Source of the DNA: Eledone cirrhosa
Lineage: Eukaryota
DNA: 64,000 nt
Assembly: GCA_964016885.1 (NCBI GenBank)
Contig: OZ024746.1
Location: 64,046,001 to 64,110,000, forward strand
Reading direction: 5' to 3'
Below the pieces are notes generated by a model that did not search any database, was not told the origin of the DNA, and saw nothing but the letters and a program-made list of their open reading frames with translations. A program made the translations under genes and the position numbers. Positions 15,445 to 28,420 of this stretch are shown here, piece by piece. How positions within the stretch are numbered: position 1 is the first letter of the stretch; each line of letters opens with the position of its first letter.

Positions 15445-16132
15445 TCATTATATATATTCATGGACATACAATGACCCTGATGGAAGCAAAGTGCAAAGTG
15501 AAAAATATTTTCTGAAGTACTATAGTTCACATGAACCTTGATGAAGGTGACTTTCACTGAAATATATTGTTTTAGGGATGAATAATTTATTTTACTTGTA
15601 TGCTGGTAAAATGGATTATTTGTTTAATAAAATACTGCACCAAATAGCTTTCTATTAATATTTTTGGTAGTACTTCTATGACACCTTATTTCTAAATAAT
15701 TCTGTTTTGAAATATATTAACCCTTTCATTACCATATTTCAATGAGCTTCAAATAATTTTGAAATTAATCAAGAATTTGGCACGGTTTATTAATATAACT
15801 AACTTTGTCATAATAATTAAGCTGGTCTTTGAAATATGATTTAACAAATGTTGTTCAATAAAATTATGATGGAAGGTTTGAAAATTATGATGGAAGGGTT
15901 GAAACAGACCTAGTCATTACTTAATTGGTGCTATTTATCTTAGATAAATATAAACAGTACACACTGTAACATGAGAACATATGTAAGCAAGCTGCGATCA
16001 CTAATGTGTCTGAGAGGTCACTAGCACCAATTAAGTAATGACTAGGTTTGTTTCAACCCTTCCAACCCTTGCTAGTAGAGAAAAACAGATGTTAAATGAC
16101 TATAATGACAATAAACATTTTAAAAGAAATAC

Positions 16133-16236
16133 CTTTGGTATTATAGAACTAAGAGGGATTTCAGGTGATTTGGTATCAAAATGGTTAAAATATATCAGGT
16201 GGACAAAGGATATTTCAACATACATTTTCACCATTA
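16133..16236 (-). CDS. Candidate internal exon (phase 1-0)
   Basis: ttttgctatttcacccctttag| MVKMYVEISFVHLIYFNHFDTKSPEIPLSSIIPK |gtattt; phase-compatible with 14011-14103. Confidence 0.35.
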
Positions 16237-16283
16237 CTAAAGGGGTGAAATAGCAAAACAATACCAAATGACTTACTGCCTGT

Positions 16284-16470
16284 TTAATCCTTTAGCATTT
16301 ACATTACTCTATATATACTATTGCATTTTCAAATCTATGAGATTTCGATATTATTTATTTTGAGAACAATTCCTTAACATCAGTATGAGTGGCTAGTTAT
16401 GGTCAATTTGAACAGAAAGGGGTGAGCGAATTCTGGCTGGATATGGCTGGTTTAAATGCTAAAAGGTTAA
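16284..16470. mobile_element. piggyBac-like TTAA MITE
   Basis: TTAA-(T/C)CCTTTAGCATTTA ... TAAATGCTAAAAGG-TTAA; same family at 29740, 33402, 61562. Confidence 0.8.
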
Positions 16471-17339
16471 GAGAAGCCATTTATGAAAGCATTGGTTACT
16501 GGAGAGAGAAGTGAAAATCATGGTGGTGTGACAACCACAATGGCGGAAGCAAAGTGTGAGAGAATACCTGAAGTGCTATGATTTACAGGAACCGGGATGA
16601 AGTTGATTTTTCATTGAAATACATAGCTTTGTGGAAGAATATTTTTTTTTGCTTGTATGCATGTCCATAGAAGAAATATTTTAATGAAATTAGTTTTAAC
16701 ATAATTAAGTTAAGCTTTTGAATTCAGTTTCCTCACAGATCTAACCACACAGAAATTGTTTCTAGTTTTCACATATATTCTTTATTAGATTATATTGAAT
16801 AACATTGCAAATAAGAGTTATTTTCAGAAAGTCCATAAAATATACACGTAAAAAAATAAGAAAGAGAGAAAAAAAAAATCGAAATTTTAAAATATTCTAT
16901 CAAATATATTTCATGTTTTAAGAACTGCATGCTGTGTTTTACTAACATAAATTAAAAATGTTAAAATAAGGTGATTGTTTTGCACGTATCTGTGTGTGCA
17001 TGCAGTTTATTATAGCTTATAGCCACATCAGTGACTAAAGAGTCTGGAGTTTCAAAACTCTCAGTTCTTGAGTCACAGGTGTAGGTCAGATGACTATAAT
17101 AAAGTATGTTCATGTATTGAGTTTTGTTTCTCTCATTTGTATAACCAAGACTAATATATATATATATATATACAGAGGTATCCACTGTAAGTTGTGGGGT
17201 CTATTCTGCATGAAGAACTCGATGTAATCCATATGTTGAAAATGTTGTAGGTTAAGATAAATCTCAGAAAACAATAACACATTAAAAGGAAAACAGACCT
17301 CGTTGGACTATTTCTCATCTATAACATTCATGACTCTTT

Positions 17340-19160
17340 TCCCCACCTCAAAGGTGGTCTTTATCGGGATGATTGTCTATTGTTATCTAACAATCTTAGC
17401 AATTCCAATATAGAGAAGAACAAAAAGCAAATTAGAAAATTCCTCAAGGAATATTACAGCCTTAGCATCACCTTTGAAAACACTTCAAAAGTAGCTAATT
17501 TCCTTGATGTTACCTTAGATCTCTCTACGAATACTTATCAACCATACCACAAACCTAACCAGAATCTACATTATGTACATTCACGATCTAACCACCCTGG
17601 CTCTATACTCAAGAACTTAGTATATAACATATCTCTTAGACTTTCTAAATTATCTTCCAATGAAGATATATTTTATAATAATGCACCCTGCTACAACGAT
17701 GCCTTAACTAGAAGTGGATATAAAGTAAAAATCTCATATATCCCCAACACTACTATGCACCAAAACATAAAACCTAACAAAAACTACAAACACCAAAAAA
17801 TACCATTGAAACAAATACCTAAAGTGGTTATTCCTATTACACCAAACAACCGAAAAACCACAACAACTATTACTACACGATCTATGACCAATGTTATCAA
17901 CCCACATATGAATACCAAGCACTCAAAATCTCATAATCTACCCCAAAATAACACCAAATACAACCACCATAATTTACCAAATTCCACAAATAAGGACACT
18001 AACCATAGGAATTCTTCTAAAACACAACACAATAATATAAGAAATAAAAAAAAACTTAACTAAAAACCGCAAAAGAAACATAACATGGTACAACGCACCC
18101 TGCAAACTATTGGACAAATCCCCCAAAAATTCTTTGAAATTCTACATAAACATTTTCCACCAAACCACAGATACCACCAAATATTTAACAAATATACTGT
18201 TAAATTCTCATACTCTACATCAAGCAATCTCAAACAAAAAATAAGCAACTACAACATTTATAAACTTAAAAATAATATGACTACACCACCGCAACATAAT
18301 TTAAATAGGACTGCACCTTTTAAAAAGACAAATAATAAAATCCTTCAACCTAGAAAACACAACCACCAAAATCACCAACACAAAAACAACAGAACACAAA
18401 ATTACAATACAACTCTAGCACCAAACCACCCACAAAGCAACCTTCATTCTCATGCTATCATTAATTACAATAGGAATAGTGGTGGATTGGCAGTATCGGT
18501 AGAGGGTCGGACGCCATGCTTTCCAGCATAGTTACGTCCCTTTACGATCTGAGTTCAAATGCCGCCGAGGTTGACTTTGCCTTTCATCCTTACGGGGTCG
18601 ATAAAATAAAGTACCAGTAATGCACTGGGTAATTGCTGGCCTTGTGCCTAAAGTAGAAACAATTAATTACAATAGGAATAGCTCAAGGATAAATGAGAAT
18701 AGTATAGGCACCCCCCAAAACCATCTTACGTATGGCTGTAATTGCAGAAATAGAAGCATTTGCCCCTTAAATGGAAACTGTTTGATTAATAATGTAATAT
18801 ATAAATGCACTGTGTCTACTACAGACTCCAACAAAACATATATAGGATCTACATCAAACACATTTAAGAAAAGATTTTACGCACACTCTTGTAGTTCAAC
18901 AATACTAAACTAACAAACACCACATCTTTAGCTGAAGCGGTAAATAATTATAAAAAGAAAAAAAGAGATTTCAAGTTATCGTGGAACAATATTCTACAAA
19001 AAACTCCATATCTTGGGAACAGGAGGGAATGCAGACTATGTTCAGGAGAGATCTTGGAAATTACTAAATCTAAGAAAGATTTATTAAATAAAAGACATGA
19101 TTTGATCATAGTCTGTAATCACCGTATACGAAAAACATTTAAATACTATAAACCTAACTA
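17340..19160 (+). mobile_element. Degenerate Penelope-like element (Naiad-like): RT C-terminus, thumb, GIY-YIG
   Basis: GGLYRDD, NFLDVTLDL, SNHPGSILK, KHFPPNHRYHQIFNKYTVKFSYS, CNCRNRSICPLNGNCL..VIYKC..YIGST..FKKRFYAH, CRLC..E. Confidence 0.88.
18480..18661 (+). mobile_element. Meta-like SINE nested in the PLE with a 20-bp TSD
   Basis: ATTAATTACAATAGGAATAG duplicated at 18460-18479 and 18662-18681. Confidence 0.92.
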
Positions 19161-19534
19161 AATATTCTAAATAGCAACTCACTATAATTCCGTATAGAAT
19201 AACATTTATTAGTACCTCTTTCCCCTAATTATATGCTTTCATGCTTATTTTTGCCTTTTAATGTTTTAGCTACCTTAGATTTATGCGTTAATGACTAAAG
19301 GCAACAAGATACACAACCACCCGTAATTGCATGAGTAAAATTATACATCTATGTATGATATGGAAATATATTTATGTGTGTGTATATTTGTATATATATA
19401 TAGGTATGTATGTTTATGTATGTGTATGTGTGTATATATGTATATGCTTATATATGTATATGCTTGTATATGTATGTGTGTATGTGTATGTATATATATA
19501 TGTATATGTATGTGTATATATATATATAAATGTG

Positions 19535-19567
<33 letters not shown>

Positions 19568-19731
19568 TTGTGTGTGTGTATATGTGAGTATAGGTGTATG
19601 AATGTTTATATATGAGTATGTGCACATGCAAGAGGAGAGTGTACGTATACTCACACAAGTGAATATATATATATATGTGTATGTGTGTGTGTATGTGTGT
19701 TTATATATATATATATATGTATATGTGTATG

Positions 19732-19765
<34 letters not shown>

Positions 19766-19784
19766 TGTGTGTATATGCATGTAT

Positions 19785-20350
19785 CTGGTAACATGTATCC
19801 CAGTACAACATGTCTCATGGTCGGGTTGTTGGCGACTAAACTGGCAACCCCACCAAGGTTTCTTGGTGAGGAGGGTGACTTTGGGCATCCTGCAGGACTA
19901 AAAACAAAACGTGTCAAAGGGCAAAGGAGCTCTTAAGAGTCAATGGCCATCCAAAATCACCGGGAGAGATGAACCCTTAGCCTTTGTCAAGGCAGAATTC
20001 TAGAAGGAAAACTCTGATGGTATCCAATGATGTTGACTTGTTCTTCTTTTTGGTAAATATCATCTTGGTTAAGAGAGTGGGACTGGCTTTGTGCAGTGTC
20101 TTTGCTCACTATAAAAGCTTCACGGCACAGGCATTGTTTTATATCTGGAGATCTCTCTGCACTTGTTGTCACGTGGTACCATGGGCCCAGCACTATGTGT
20201 CAATAATTGTCACAAGTGTAGTGTTTGTACCAGAGTTTTCAAGTCGCTGGCTGGACTAAAAAGTCACACCCGTTCAGCGCATCGGTAAGGGTTCTCCTAC
20301 ATGGATATAAAGTAGTGGCCGTACTCGAAAACGAGTTGGCAGCCACCATA
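19785..20350 (+). mobile_element. Unclassified GC-richer insert in a (TATG)n tract, resembling a LINE 5'UTR or non-autonomous retroelement
   Basis: Sharp composition change inside a microsatellite; no credible ORF. Confidence 0.35.
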
Positions 20351-21210
20351 TGCATGTATATGTATATATGTATGTATGTATGAGTGTGTGTATATATATA
20401 TATATGAATATATGGGGTATAGATGTGTATGGATCTATATATATATGATTATATGCATGCGTGTGGATGTGTATTTAGGTTTGCATCTATTTGTACGTAT
20501 GTATATTTTGGTTAGATATCAATATAACTGTACCTCTCTATATATATAGTGTGGATATATGCACTTTGTAGACTATGCAATTTATGTGTTTCAACTATGC
20601 CAACATGAACTTATCTGAGTTTGATTGTTTATGCATAAACATACTTAGTAATATTTTAGAGCGTATAATATGTTATATTATACTAAGTGCAATTTACCAC
20701 ACCGTACTATATTGTGTTGGTTAAGTTGTATACTATCGCATTACTATATCACATTATCTTATTATAATTTTCATCTTTTAACATACTATCTTTCCTAGTC
20801 ATAACATTAATTTATATTCACCTTAAAACTCAATACATCACTAATCAACATTTATTTTGACATTCCTTTTAAATTCACTATACAAGATACATTAAACTAT
20901 CAGTTTGACAATCCCCTTCCTTCCTAATAGATGTTTATGCCATTTCTACTAACACCCTTCAACCAATCCTTTTAAAGGGTCATGACCTAAACTAAAGTGT
21001 ATTACTTTTCATCTTAACACCATATGAAAAAAACAATTTGATTCGTTAGTTCTTCAACTACCTCCAAATAAGGACATGATACTAACATGCTTATTCAGAG
21101 TAAAATTATTATTGAATAAAATTATTATTGCTTTTGAAAATAGCTGGCGATATGCATGTAAGTAAATATTCTCTCTATGTGATAGTTTGTAAACTTACAT
21201 AGATCAATAA

Positions 21211-21255
21211 CTGAGTATAGATACAATGTATTATCACCATCTAGAAACGATCGTA
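21211..21255 (+). ncRNA. Degenerate hammerhead motif downstream of the Naiad-like PLE
   Basis: CTGAGTA-TAGAT...ATCTA-GAAA-CGATCG-TA; G8 substituted, stem I not evident. Confidence 0.45.
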
Positions 21256-21310
21256 AAGCAGTGAAGTATATCTCTAATGAATTGATTTTTTTATTTCATT
21301 GTTTTAACTT

Positions 21311-21390
<80 letters not shown>

Positions 21391-21394
<4 letters not shown>

Positions 21395-22483
21395 TGGAGT
21401 GGGAATAAGAAGAAAGCAAGCACGGTGGGGGGGTCGTTTTCCTCATCAGTTGTCTACGTGGGGTCTCGGATATTTCTACGCTTTAAAGACAAGATATCTA
21501 CCGCCCAGGGCGTCAATAACTGGATAAGTTATTGGGAAAACGGAGGAGGGAGGGAAGGAAAACAAAAGGGAAGAAAAGAGAAAACAGTGAAAAAACAGCG
21601 AAAAAAACAACAAATCGAGCAATGTGCGAGCAACTTAAGGTCAGAAAATCCAAGACCACACGATAACAGAACTTAAGTTCAAGACTGAGTGGTCGAGAGA
21701 AAAAGACACACGTCTGATCCCAGCAGTTGTGAGAAAAGAACTACTAGAGGGTCAGATGAGGGGGTGAAAGTGAGAGAGGAAGAAAGTGGGGTAAGAGTAG
21801 ATAGTAACGAAATAGTTAGGTATGAGAAGAGAGAAGACTGGTAGAGAGGATGAGTGAAAGTGAGAGGGAGAGGAAGAAAGAGGGGTGAGAGTAGAAAGTA
21901 GCGAAATAGGTACCTTAAAAAAACAACTACACAGCCATTTCTATTTTCCATATATTTCATCATGTTTTCGCTGTGACCATTCTTCTGTCCCCTTCTACCT
22001 GCCTAGTTCACTACTTTTTACTCTCACCCCTCTTTCTTCCCCTCACTTTCTCCCTCTCTCACTTTCACCCCCTCATCTGACCCTCTAATAGTTCTTTTCT
22101 CACTCACAACTGCTGGGATCAGACGTGTGTCTTTTTCTCTCGACCACTCAGTTTTGAACTTAAGTTCTCTTATCGTGTGGTCTTGTATTTTCTGACCTTA
22201 AGTTGCTCGCACATTGCTCGGTTTGTTGTTGTTTTCGTTGTTTTTTCACTGTTTTCTCTTTTCTTCCCCTTTGTTTTCCTTCCCTCCTTCCTCTGTTTTC
22301 CCAATAACTTATCCAGTTATTGACGCCCTGGGCGGTAGATATCTTGTCTTTAAAGCGTAGGAATATCCGAGACCCCTAGTAGACAACTGATGAGGAAATC
22401 CCCCCCCCCCACTCCCGTTCTTGTTTTCTTCTTATTCCCACTTCATTTTCAGATACCTTAAATAGCAACTACACAGCCATTTC

Positions 22484-22490
<7 letters not shown>
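21391..22490. repeat. Fold-back element: about 450-bp inverted arms plus a short direct repeat
   Basis: About 21391-21910 is the reverse complement of about 22002-22449; TACCTTAAA..CAACTACACAGCCATTTCTATT repeated at about 21911 and 22454. Confidence 0.88.
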
Positions 22491-22555
<65 letters not shown>

Positions 22556-22669
22556 ATCATCATCATCATTTACGTCCACTTTTCCATGTTTGCATGGGTT
22601 GGACGGATTCTTTCTAGCACAACATCTTTCCAGTCATCTCCTCTGTATGTATGCTTATATATATATCCA

Positions 22670-23187
22670 TCATCATCATCACCGTTTTACGTCTATTCTT
22701 TCACGTTAGCATGGGTTAGATGGGTTGTCCTGTCGTGGGCAATGCCAGGTCAGGTGACCATGTCTTGCTCATCAGAACTGATTTTGGCTTGATTTCTTCT
22801 GCTGGATGCCTTTCCTAACACCAATCTCATTTACAGTGAGTACTGGGTGCTTTTTACTGTGGCGTCTATATGACCACTTTACAGTGTGAACTGGGTGCTT
22901 TTTTGTCATGACACCTACATGACCACTTTACAGTGAGAGGGTGGAGTGGGGGAATACTGTCTATATGCTTCAGCTTTGGTTTGTATCCGTGAGAAGTCGG
23001 GTCTTCTGTATTACTGCGTAACACCAGAGGTCACAGTCCTGTGACATCATCTTTGAGAGGTGCAATTAGGAAAGGTCAGCTTTTATCCCCTCATCCCAGG
23101 TCATCTTGGGTCACCCCACCCCAAGGTTTCTATCGACTTTTAGTGCGCTGCACCTTTTTATGCAGCTGTCATCCTTCATATGCATCA
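22670..23187 (-). mobile_element. RTE LINE 3' fragment
   Basis: Reverse complement of the RTE ORF end and 3'UTR with (CAT)n. Confidence 0.85.
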
Positions 23188-23201
23188 TATATACATATAT
23201 A

Positions 23202-23418
23202 CGAGGGGGTTCAAAAAAAATTCCTGGCTTGATTGCTGCTACATAACCTGGCTAGAAGCCCAATCTTCTGAGTTCTTTTTACAGGGCTTAGAAAAACTGA
23301 AGGCCCACTGCAAGAAGTGTGTTAATCTGAGAAAGGAATATGTTGAATAAAATGATAATTAACTGATCCTTCTGTATTTTCTTTTACCGAAAGCCAGGAA
23401 CTTATCAGCACCTTCTTG
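23202..23418 (+). mobile_element. Mariner-derived MITE
   Basis: TA-CGAGGGGG...TTCCTGGCTT / AAGCCAGGAA...CCTTCTTG-TA; remnant EFFLQGLEKL..CKKCVNLRKEYVE* transposase C-terminus. Confidence 0.75.
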
Positions 23419-23434
23419 TATATATATATATATA

Positions 23435-25972
23435 GACCCCTCAGCCAGGAACAAATTTAAAGATATTTTACTCAACGCCTACGACAGTAAAGAAGAACAG
23501 ATAGAGACATTCAATGTAGAAGAGCACTGGGAGTTCCTAAAAAATAACTTACTAGAGGCGATGGATGAGGTCTGTGGCTGGAGTAAGACCACAAGCAGGA
23601 GGAGAGTGACTTGGTGGTGGAACAATAAGGTATATGAGGCAGTTAAGGCCAAGAGACAGGCATGGTAAGAATGGAAGAACGGGGGGAGCAGGGTACATTA
23701 CATAGAGACCAAGAGGGAAGCTAGGCGACAAGTATACTCAGCTAGGAGGGAAGCAGAGGATAGAAAATTCAAGCATGTTTTGCAACGTGAGGACCAGAAA
23801 CAGGAGGTGTGCAAGATTGCGAGGCAGTGTGTCAGAGAGAATTGTGATGTCATTGGAGAGAAGTGTATCCGGAATGATACTATGGTGAGCTTGCCATCAC
23901 AAGTGCTGAGAAGAAAGATGCATGGAAGAGTCATTATGATGGATTACTAAATGAGGAGAATGCATGGGAAGAAGAGACCCTACCCCAAGTAGACCCTATA
24001 GAGAGGCCAGCAGTACAAGTCAGCAGCAGCGTAGTAAGTAAGGCAATCAAAGATATGAAGATGGGGAAGGCAACCGGTCCATCAGGTATAGCTGCCGAGA
24101 TGCTGAAGGCATCTGGGTCTGTAGGTCACACTATAACCACACAATACTAGAAGGTGTCATACCAAAAGATTGGTGCAGTAGCATCATTGTCAACTGCTAC
24201 AAAGGTAAAGGTGATGCACTAGATAGAGGAAACTATAGAGGTATAAAGCTGATGGACCAGGTCATGAAAGTAACAGAAAGAGTTATAGCACAGTTGATTA
24301 GGGACCGGGTGAAACTAGATGAGATGCAATTTGGGTTTGTGCCAGGAAGAGGCACCACTGATGCCCTCTTCCTTGTGAGGCAGTTACAGGAAAAGTACCT
24401 AGCTAAAAGTAAGCCGCTCTACCTGGCATTTGTCGACCTTGAGAAAGCCTTTGACAGAGTTCCCCGTGCTATAATCTGGTGGGCTCTCAGAAAACTAGGA
24501 GTAGATGAATGGCTTGTGAAAGCTGTACAAGCCATGTATAGGGGAGCAGTTCAGCAAAGTTAGGATTAGCAATGACTATAGTCAGGAATTTAGCATACAG
24601 GTCGGTGTCCACCAGGGTTCTGTTCTTAGCCCTCTCCCGTTCATCATAGTTTTGCAGGCAATAACGGAGGAGTTTAAGACCGGATGCCCATGGGAACTCC
24701 TGTATGCAGATGACCTCACACTTATAGCTGAATCTATGGTAGAACTAGAGAAGCAATTCCAAACTTGAAAGCAGGGACTAGAAAGAAAGGGTTTCAAAGT
24801 CAACCTGACAAAGACTAAGGTCCTTGTAAGTAGACGAGAAAACAGAACACAGATCCCCTCAGGGAAATGGCCTTGCTCAGTATGTAGGATAGGTGTAGGT
24901 AGGAACTCCATTCTCTGCCCCAAATACAAACAATGGGTACACAAGAGATGTAATGGGATCTCAAGAAGCTTAACTAAGAATGTAGGCTTCACATGTAGCA
25001 GCTGTGCTGGGACAGCAAGCAGCAAACAGCCACAGGAAACAAGTACCACCAAACTCTGGGAGGGCTCTGTAGAAACAGTAGACACTTTCTGTTACCCAGG
25101 TGACCGAATTAGCAGTGGAGATGGGTGTTCAGAAAGTACAATAACTAGGGTAAGAACGGGATGGAAGAAGTTCAGGGAGCTACTGCCACTGCTAGCTGCA
25201 AAAGGCTTCTCCCTAAAAATGAAAGGCAGACTGTATGATGCATGTATCCAAACAGCAATGTTACATGGTAGTGAGACCTGGGCACTGTCTGTGGAAGACT
25301 TGTGTAGATTAGAAAGAAACGAAGCCTGCATGCTCCGATAGATGTGTAATAGTAATATATGCGAATGGCAAAGCATAAACGAATTGAGAGAGTGACTGAG
25401 CATAAGAGGAATCAAATGATGTGTGCAGGAGAGGTGGTTGCGTTTGTATGGACATGTGATGCGTATGAAGGATGACAGCTGCATAAAAAGGTGCAGAGCA
25501 CTAGAAGTCGATGGAAACCGCAGAGTAGGGAGACCCAAGAAGACCTGGGATGAGGTGATAAAAGTCGACCTTACCCAATTACACCTCTCAAAGGCGATGA
25601 CACACGACCATGACCTCTGGCGTCACGCAGTAATACAGAAGAGCCGAGTACCCACTGATACAAACCGAAGCTGAAGCATATAGACAATATGTCCCCACCC
25701 CCTCCCACTACAAAGTGGTCGTGGAGGTGCCACAGCAAAAAAGCACCCAGCCCACACTGTAAAGTGGATGTGTAGGCGCCACGGAAAAAAGCACCCAACA
25801 CTCACTGTAAATGCGGTTAGTGTTAGGAAGGGCATCCAGCTGTAGAAATCAAGCCAGAATCAGTTCCTGTATGAGCAAGACAAGGTCAGCCGACTGGACA
25901 CTACCCACAACAGGACAACCCGTCTAACCCATGCTAGTGTGGAAGAGCGGACGTAAAACGATGATGATGATG
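23435..25972 (+). mobile_element. Longest RTE-clade LINE copy, 5'-truncated, with stops and frameshifts
   Basis: TWWWN, KGKGDALDRGNYRGIKL, QFGFVPGRGTTDA, AFVDLEKAFDRV, GVHQGS, YADD, PHD-like finger, 3'UTR, (GAT)n; (TA)n on both flanks. Confidence 0.93.
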
Positions 25973-26019
<47 letters not shown>

Positions 26020-26837
26020 CTGTCTTAGCCATAATGAATTTCTTAAGAAAACTAAACACAAAAAAATGACATTTACATTTCAGTTATGTTGATTTCTGTG
26101 TTAATTCTCTCTAAAGCTACACAAGTTTTCTGCAAAATAATTTGATGTGGAAACTAAACAACACCAATAGCAAATGGAATAGTTTTTGTCAACTCTGTAA
26201 TGAGCTTGACTAGGAGCTATGCAATAGTTCTGTCACGAAAATCTATAATCAGCTTGTTTACTATTGTGTGAAAAAAATATCTCAAAATTTCTTCACAGCA
26301 TAGGGTAAACTTTCTCATTGCCAAATATGTGACAGAAGCTTTCAAACTAAGACATGAAGAAACTGTAAAGAGGAAGAAAGAAAGAAGGAAAGAAAGAAAG
26401 AAGAATAAAGAGCATGACCTTTTCAATTAAGAGTAATGAAAATAAAATTTTAAATATTTGTAAAGCACAAGTATATTCTTTTACATTTTAGCCCTCTAAT
26501 AATGCCTGGTAATTATAGTTATGGCAGATTACACAAGAATCAATACTAAACTGCAAAACCACACGCACCTGAATAGAAATATTAAGTTCCAGTGACTTAA
26601 GTGATAAAATCATATAATCATGTAGCAAAATGAATACCATTGTCCTTTCTCAACATATCATGCATAGAGAATAATATTCCAATATCGAATGAATGAAAAC
26701 TTTTTTCAAAATAATTCTTTATATAGCAATCTGACTTTCTTTAACAAATTAAGATATGAGCTATCATTGATTAGATTTTTATATAATTATAATAATAATA
26801 ATAATAATAATAACAATAATAATATTAATAATAATAA

Positions 26838-27523
26838 CCATATTTACAAGGAGGAGGCTAGCCCACTGTGCAGGATCTGTGGAGAGAGAGAGAGGAGACT
26901 GTGGCTCACATTGTATCCGAGTATAAGCACCTAGCCCAGACTCACTATAAGGGCTGGAGACATGATGTGACTTGCAGGGTGATCCACTGGCACCTATGGA
27001 AAGTAAACAATTTACCACATTCTGAGAAGTGGTATGAGCATAAGCCAGAGTCGGTGATAGAAAACGATCAGGTGATGGTGCTGTGGGATTTTAGGATACA
27101 GACGGACAAGAAACTGGAACACAATAGACCTGACCTGGTGGTTTTGGACAAAGAAAAAAGATGATGCCTGATTGTGGATGTGGCCTACCCATTCGACACG
27201 AGAGTGCAAGAGAAGGAGAGGGAGAAAATTAACCGATACCAGGACTTAAAGTGGGAGGTGAAAAGGATTTGGAACTGCCATGAAGTCAAAGTGGTCCCGA
27301 TTGTCATAGGCGCACTGGGGACTATCTCAAAAAGTTTCCAGGGATGGTTAAAGAAAATTGGCCCCGCCACGCTTTTTGGAACGCTTCAAAAGGCATGCTT
27401 GCTGGGAACAGCAAGAACCCTCCGATACGTCCTGAATATCTGAGTCTGCAGGTAGTGGCTTGATATTCATTCCAACGGACTTTCCAGTTAACTAACATCA
27501 ATGACTGAGACTCAAAGAACAAT
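26838..27523 (+). mobile_element. Dong/R4-like RLE retrotransposon 3' fragment in a (TAA)n array
   Basis: CRIC..ETVAHIVS, RHD, LWDFRIQTD..HNRPDLVV, DVAYPFD..EKINRYQDL, VPIVIGALG, QKACLLGTA; TAA repeats on both sides. Confidence 0.88.
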
Positions 27524-27594
27524 AATAATAATATTAATAATAATAATATATATATAGTAATAATAATAAATAATAACTTTAATCTGTTATTTTA

Positions 27595-27648
<54 letters not shown>

Positions 27649-27970
27649 TTATAGATATATATATAATATATATATATTATATAATAACAATAATTATATA
27701 TATATATATATATTCATATTTTTCTATGCTTCCATTGGTAAGATGGGTTTTCAGAATAATTATTATCTTTATTTCTGTATTATAGTATCTTTAATTGCAA
27801 TTTCTTTTGTTTAAGGCACCAGAAAGACTGACTGTCTCTAAGAAAATATCTCAAGTTCAGTAATTTAAATCTTTTCTCCTTCCTACTTCTGTTTGAAGAT
27901 TTTTCATCAAACTGATTTCAAGTAATATGAAAATTACAAATAATGATCCACTTGTCAAAGAATACTTCAT

Positions 27971-28037
27971 CATCATCATCATCATTGTCGTCATCATCGC
28001 TTTTAATGTCTGCTTTCCCTGCTAGCAAGGGTTAGCA
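27971..28037 (-). mobile_element. Very short RTE 3' stub with a 19-bp TSD
   Basis: TTGTCAAAGAATACTTCAT at 27952-27970 and 28038-28056 flanking (CAT)n plus terminal RTE sequence. Confidence 0.8.
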
Positions 28038-28214
28038 TTGTCAAAGAATACTTCATTGATGAAAATTAGATAAACACAAAAGTAATCATTATAATATTAG
28101 AAAATCCTAATTAATACAAATTATCAATATATTTTGTAGCAATGGCATTTGAACTATTTCTTTTTTTTTGTCTTTACTGATTAGTTAGGATTTCTAAGGG
28201 AAAGTGGGCACTAC

Positions 28215-28420
28215 TAGAGACACCCAATGGTCAAGCAGGGGTGTAGGACCTCTGAGAGAGAGAGCTGACTTCACTAAAGGAACCCAATGGTTAGATGGTG
28301 GCAGAGGGCCTCTGAGAAAGAATGGACTCCACTAAAATCACTAAAAAGTCAAATGGGAGTGTAGGGCATATGAGAGCTAGTTGATTCTGCCTGAGATATC
28401 CAATGGTCAAGTAGTGGTGT
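28215..28420. repeat. Degenerate minisatellite, about 55-60 bp unit
   Basis: CCCAATGGTCAAG...G(G/A)CCTCTGAGA...CACTAAA recurring 3-4 times. Confidence 0.55.

Noticed and set aside
16961-17095. Possible terminal exon HLTYTCDSR...KTITLF
   Set aside because: Open frames and plausible splice sites on both strands; phase not reconcilable with neighbouring candidates
18730-19045. Selenocysteine recoding in the Naiad-like GIY-YIG
   Set aside because: The conserved Cys positions read are TGT/TGC, not TGA
22385-22400. CTGATGAGGAAA as a hammerhead in the fold-back arm
   Set aside because: No stem II between CTGATGA and GAAA and no stem I/III partner found
26217-26365. Exon after a strong minus-strand pyrimidine tract
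   Set aside because: The tract is a (CTTT)n microsatellite and no convincing donor precedes the stop
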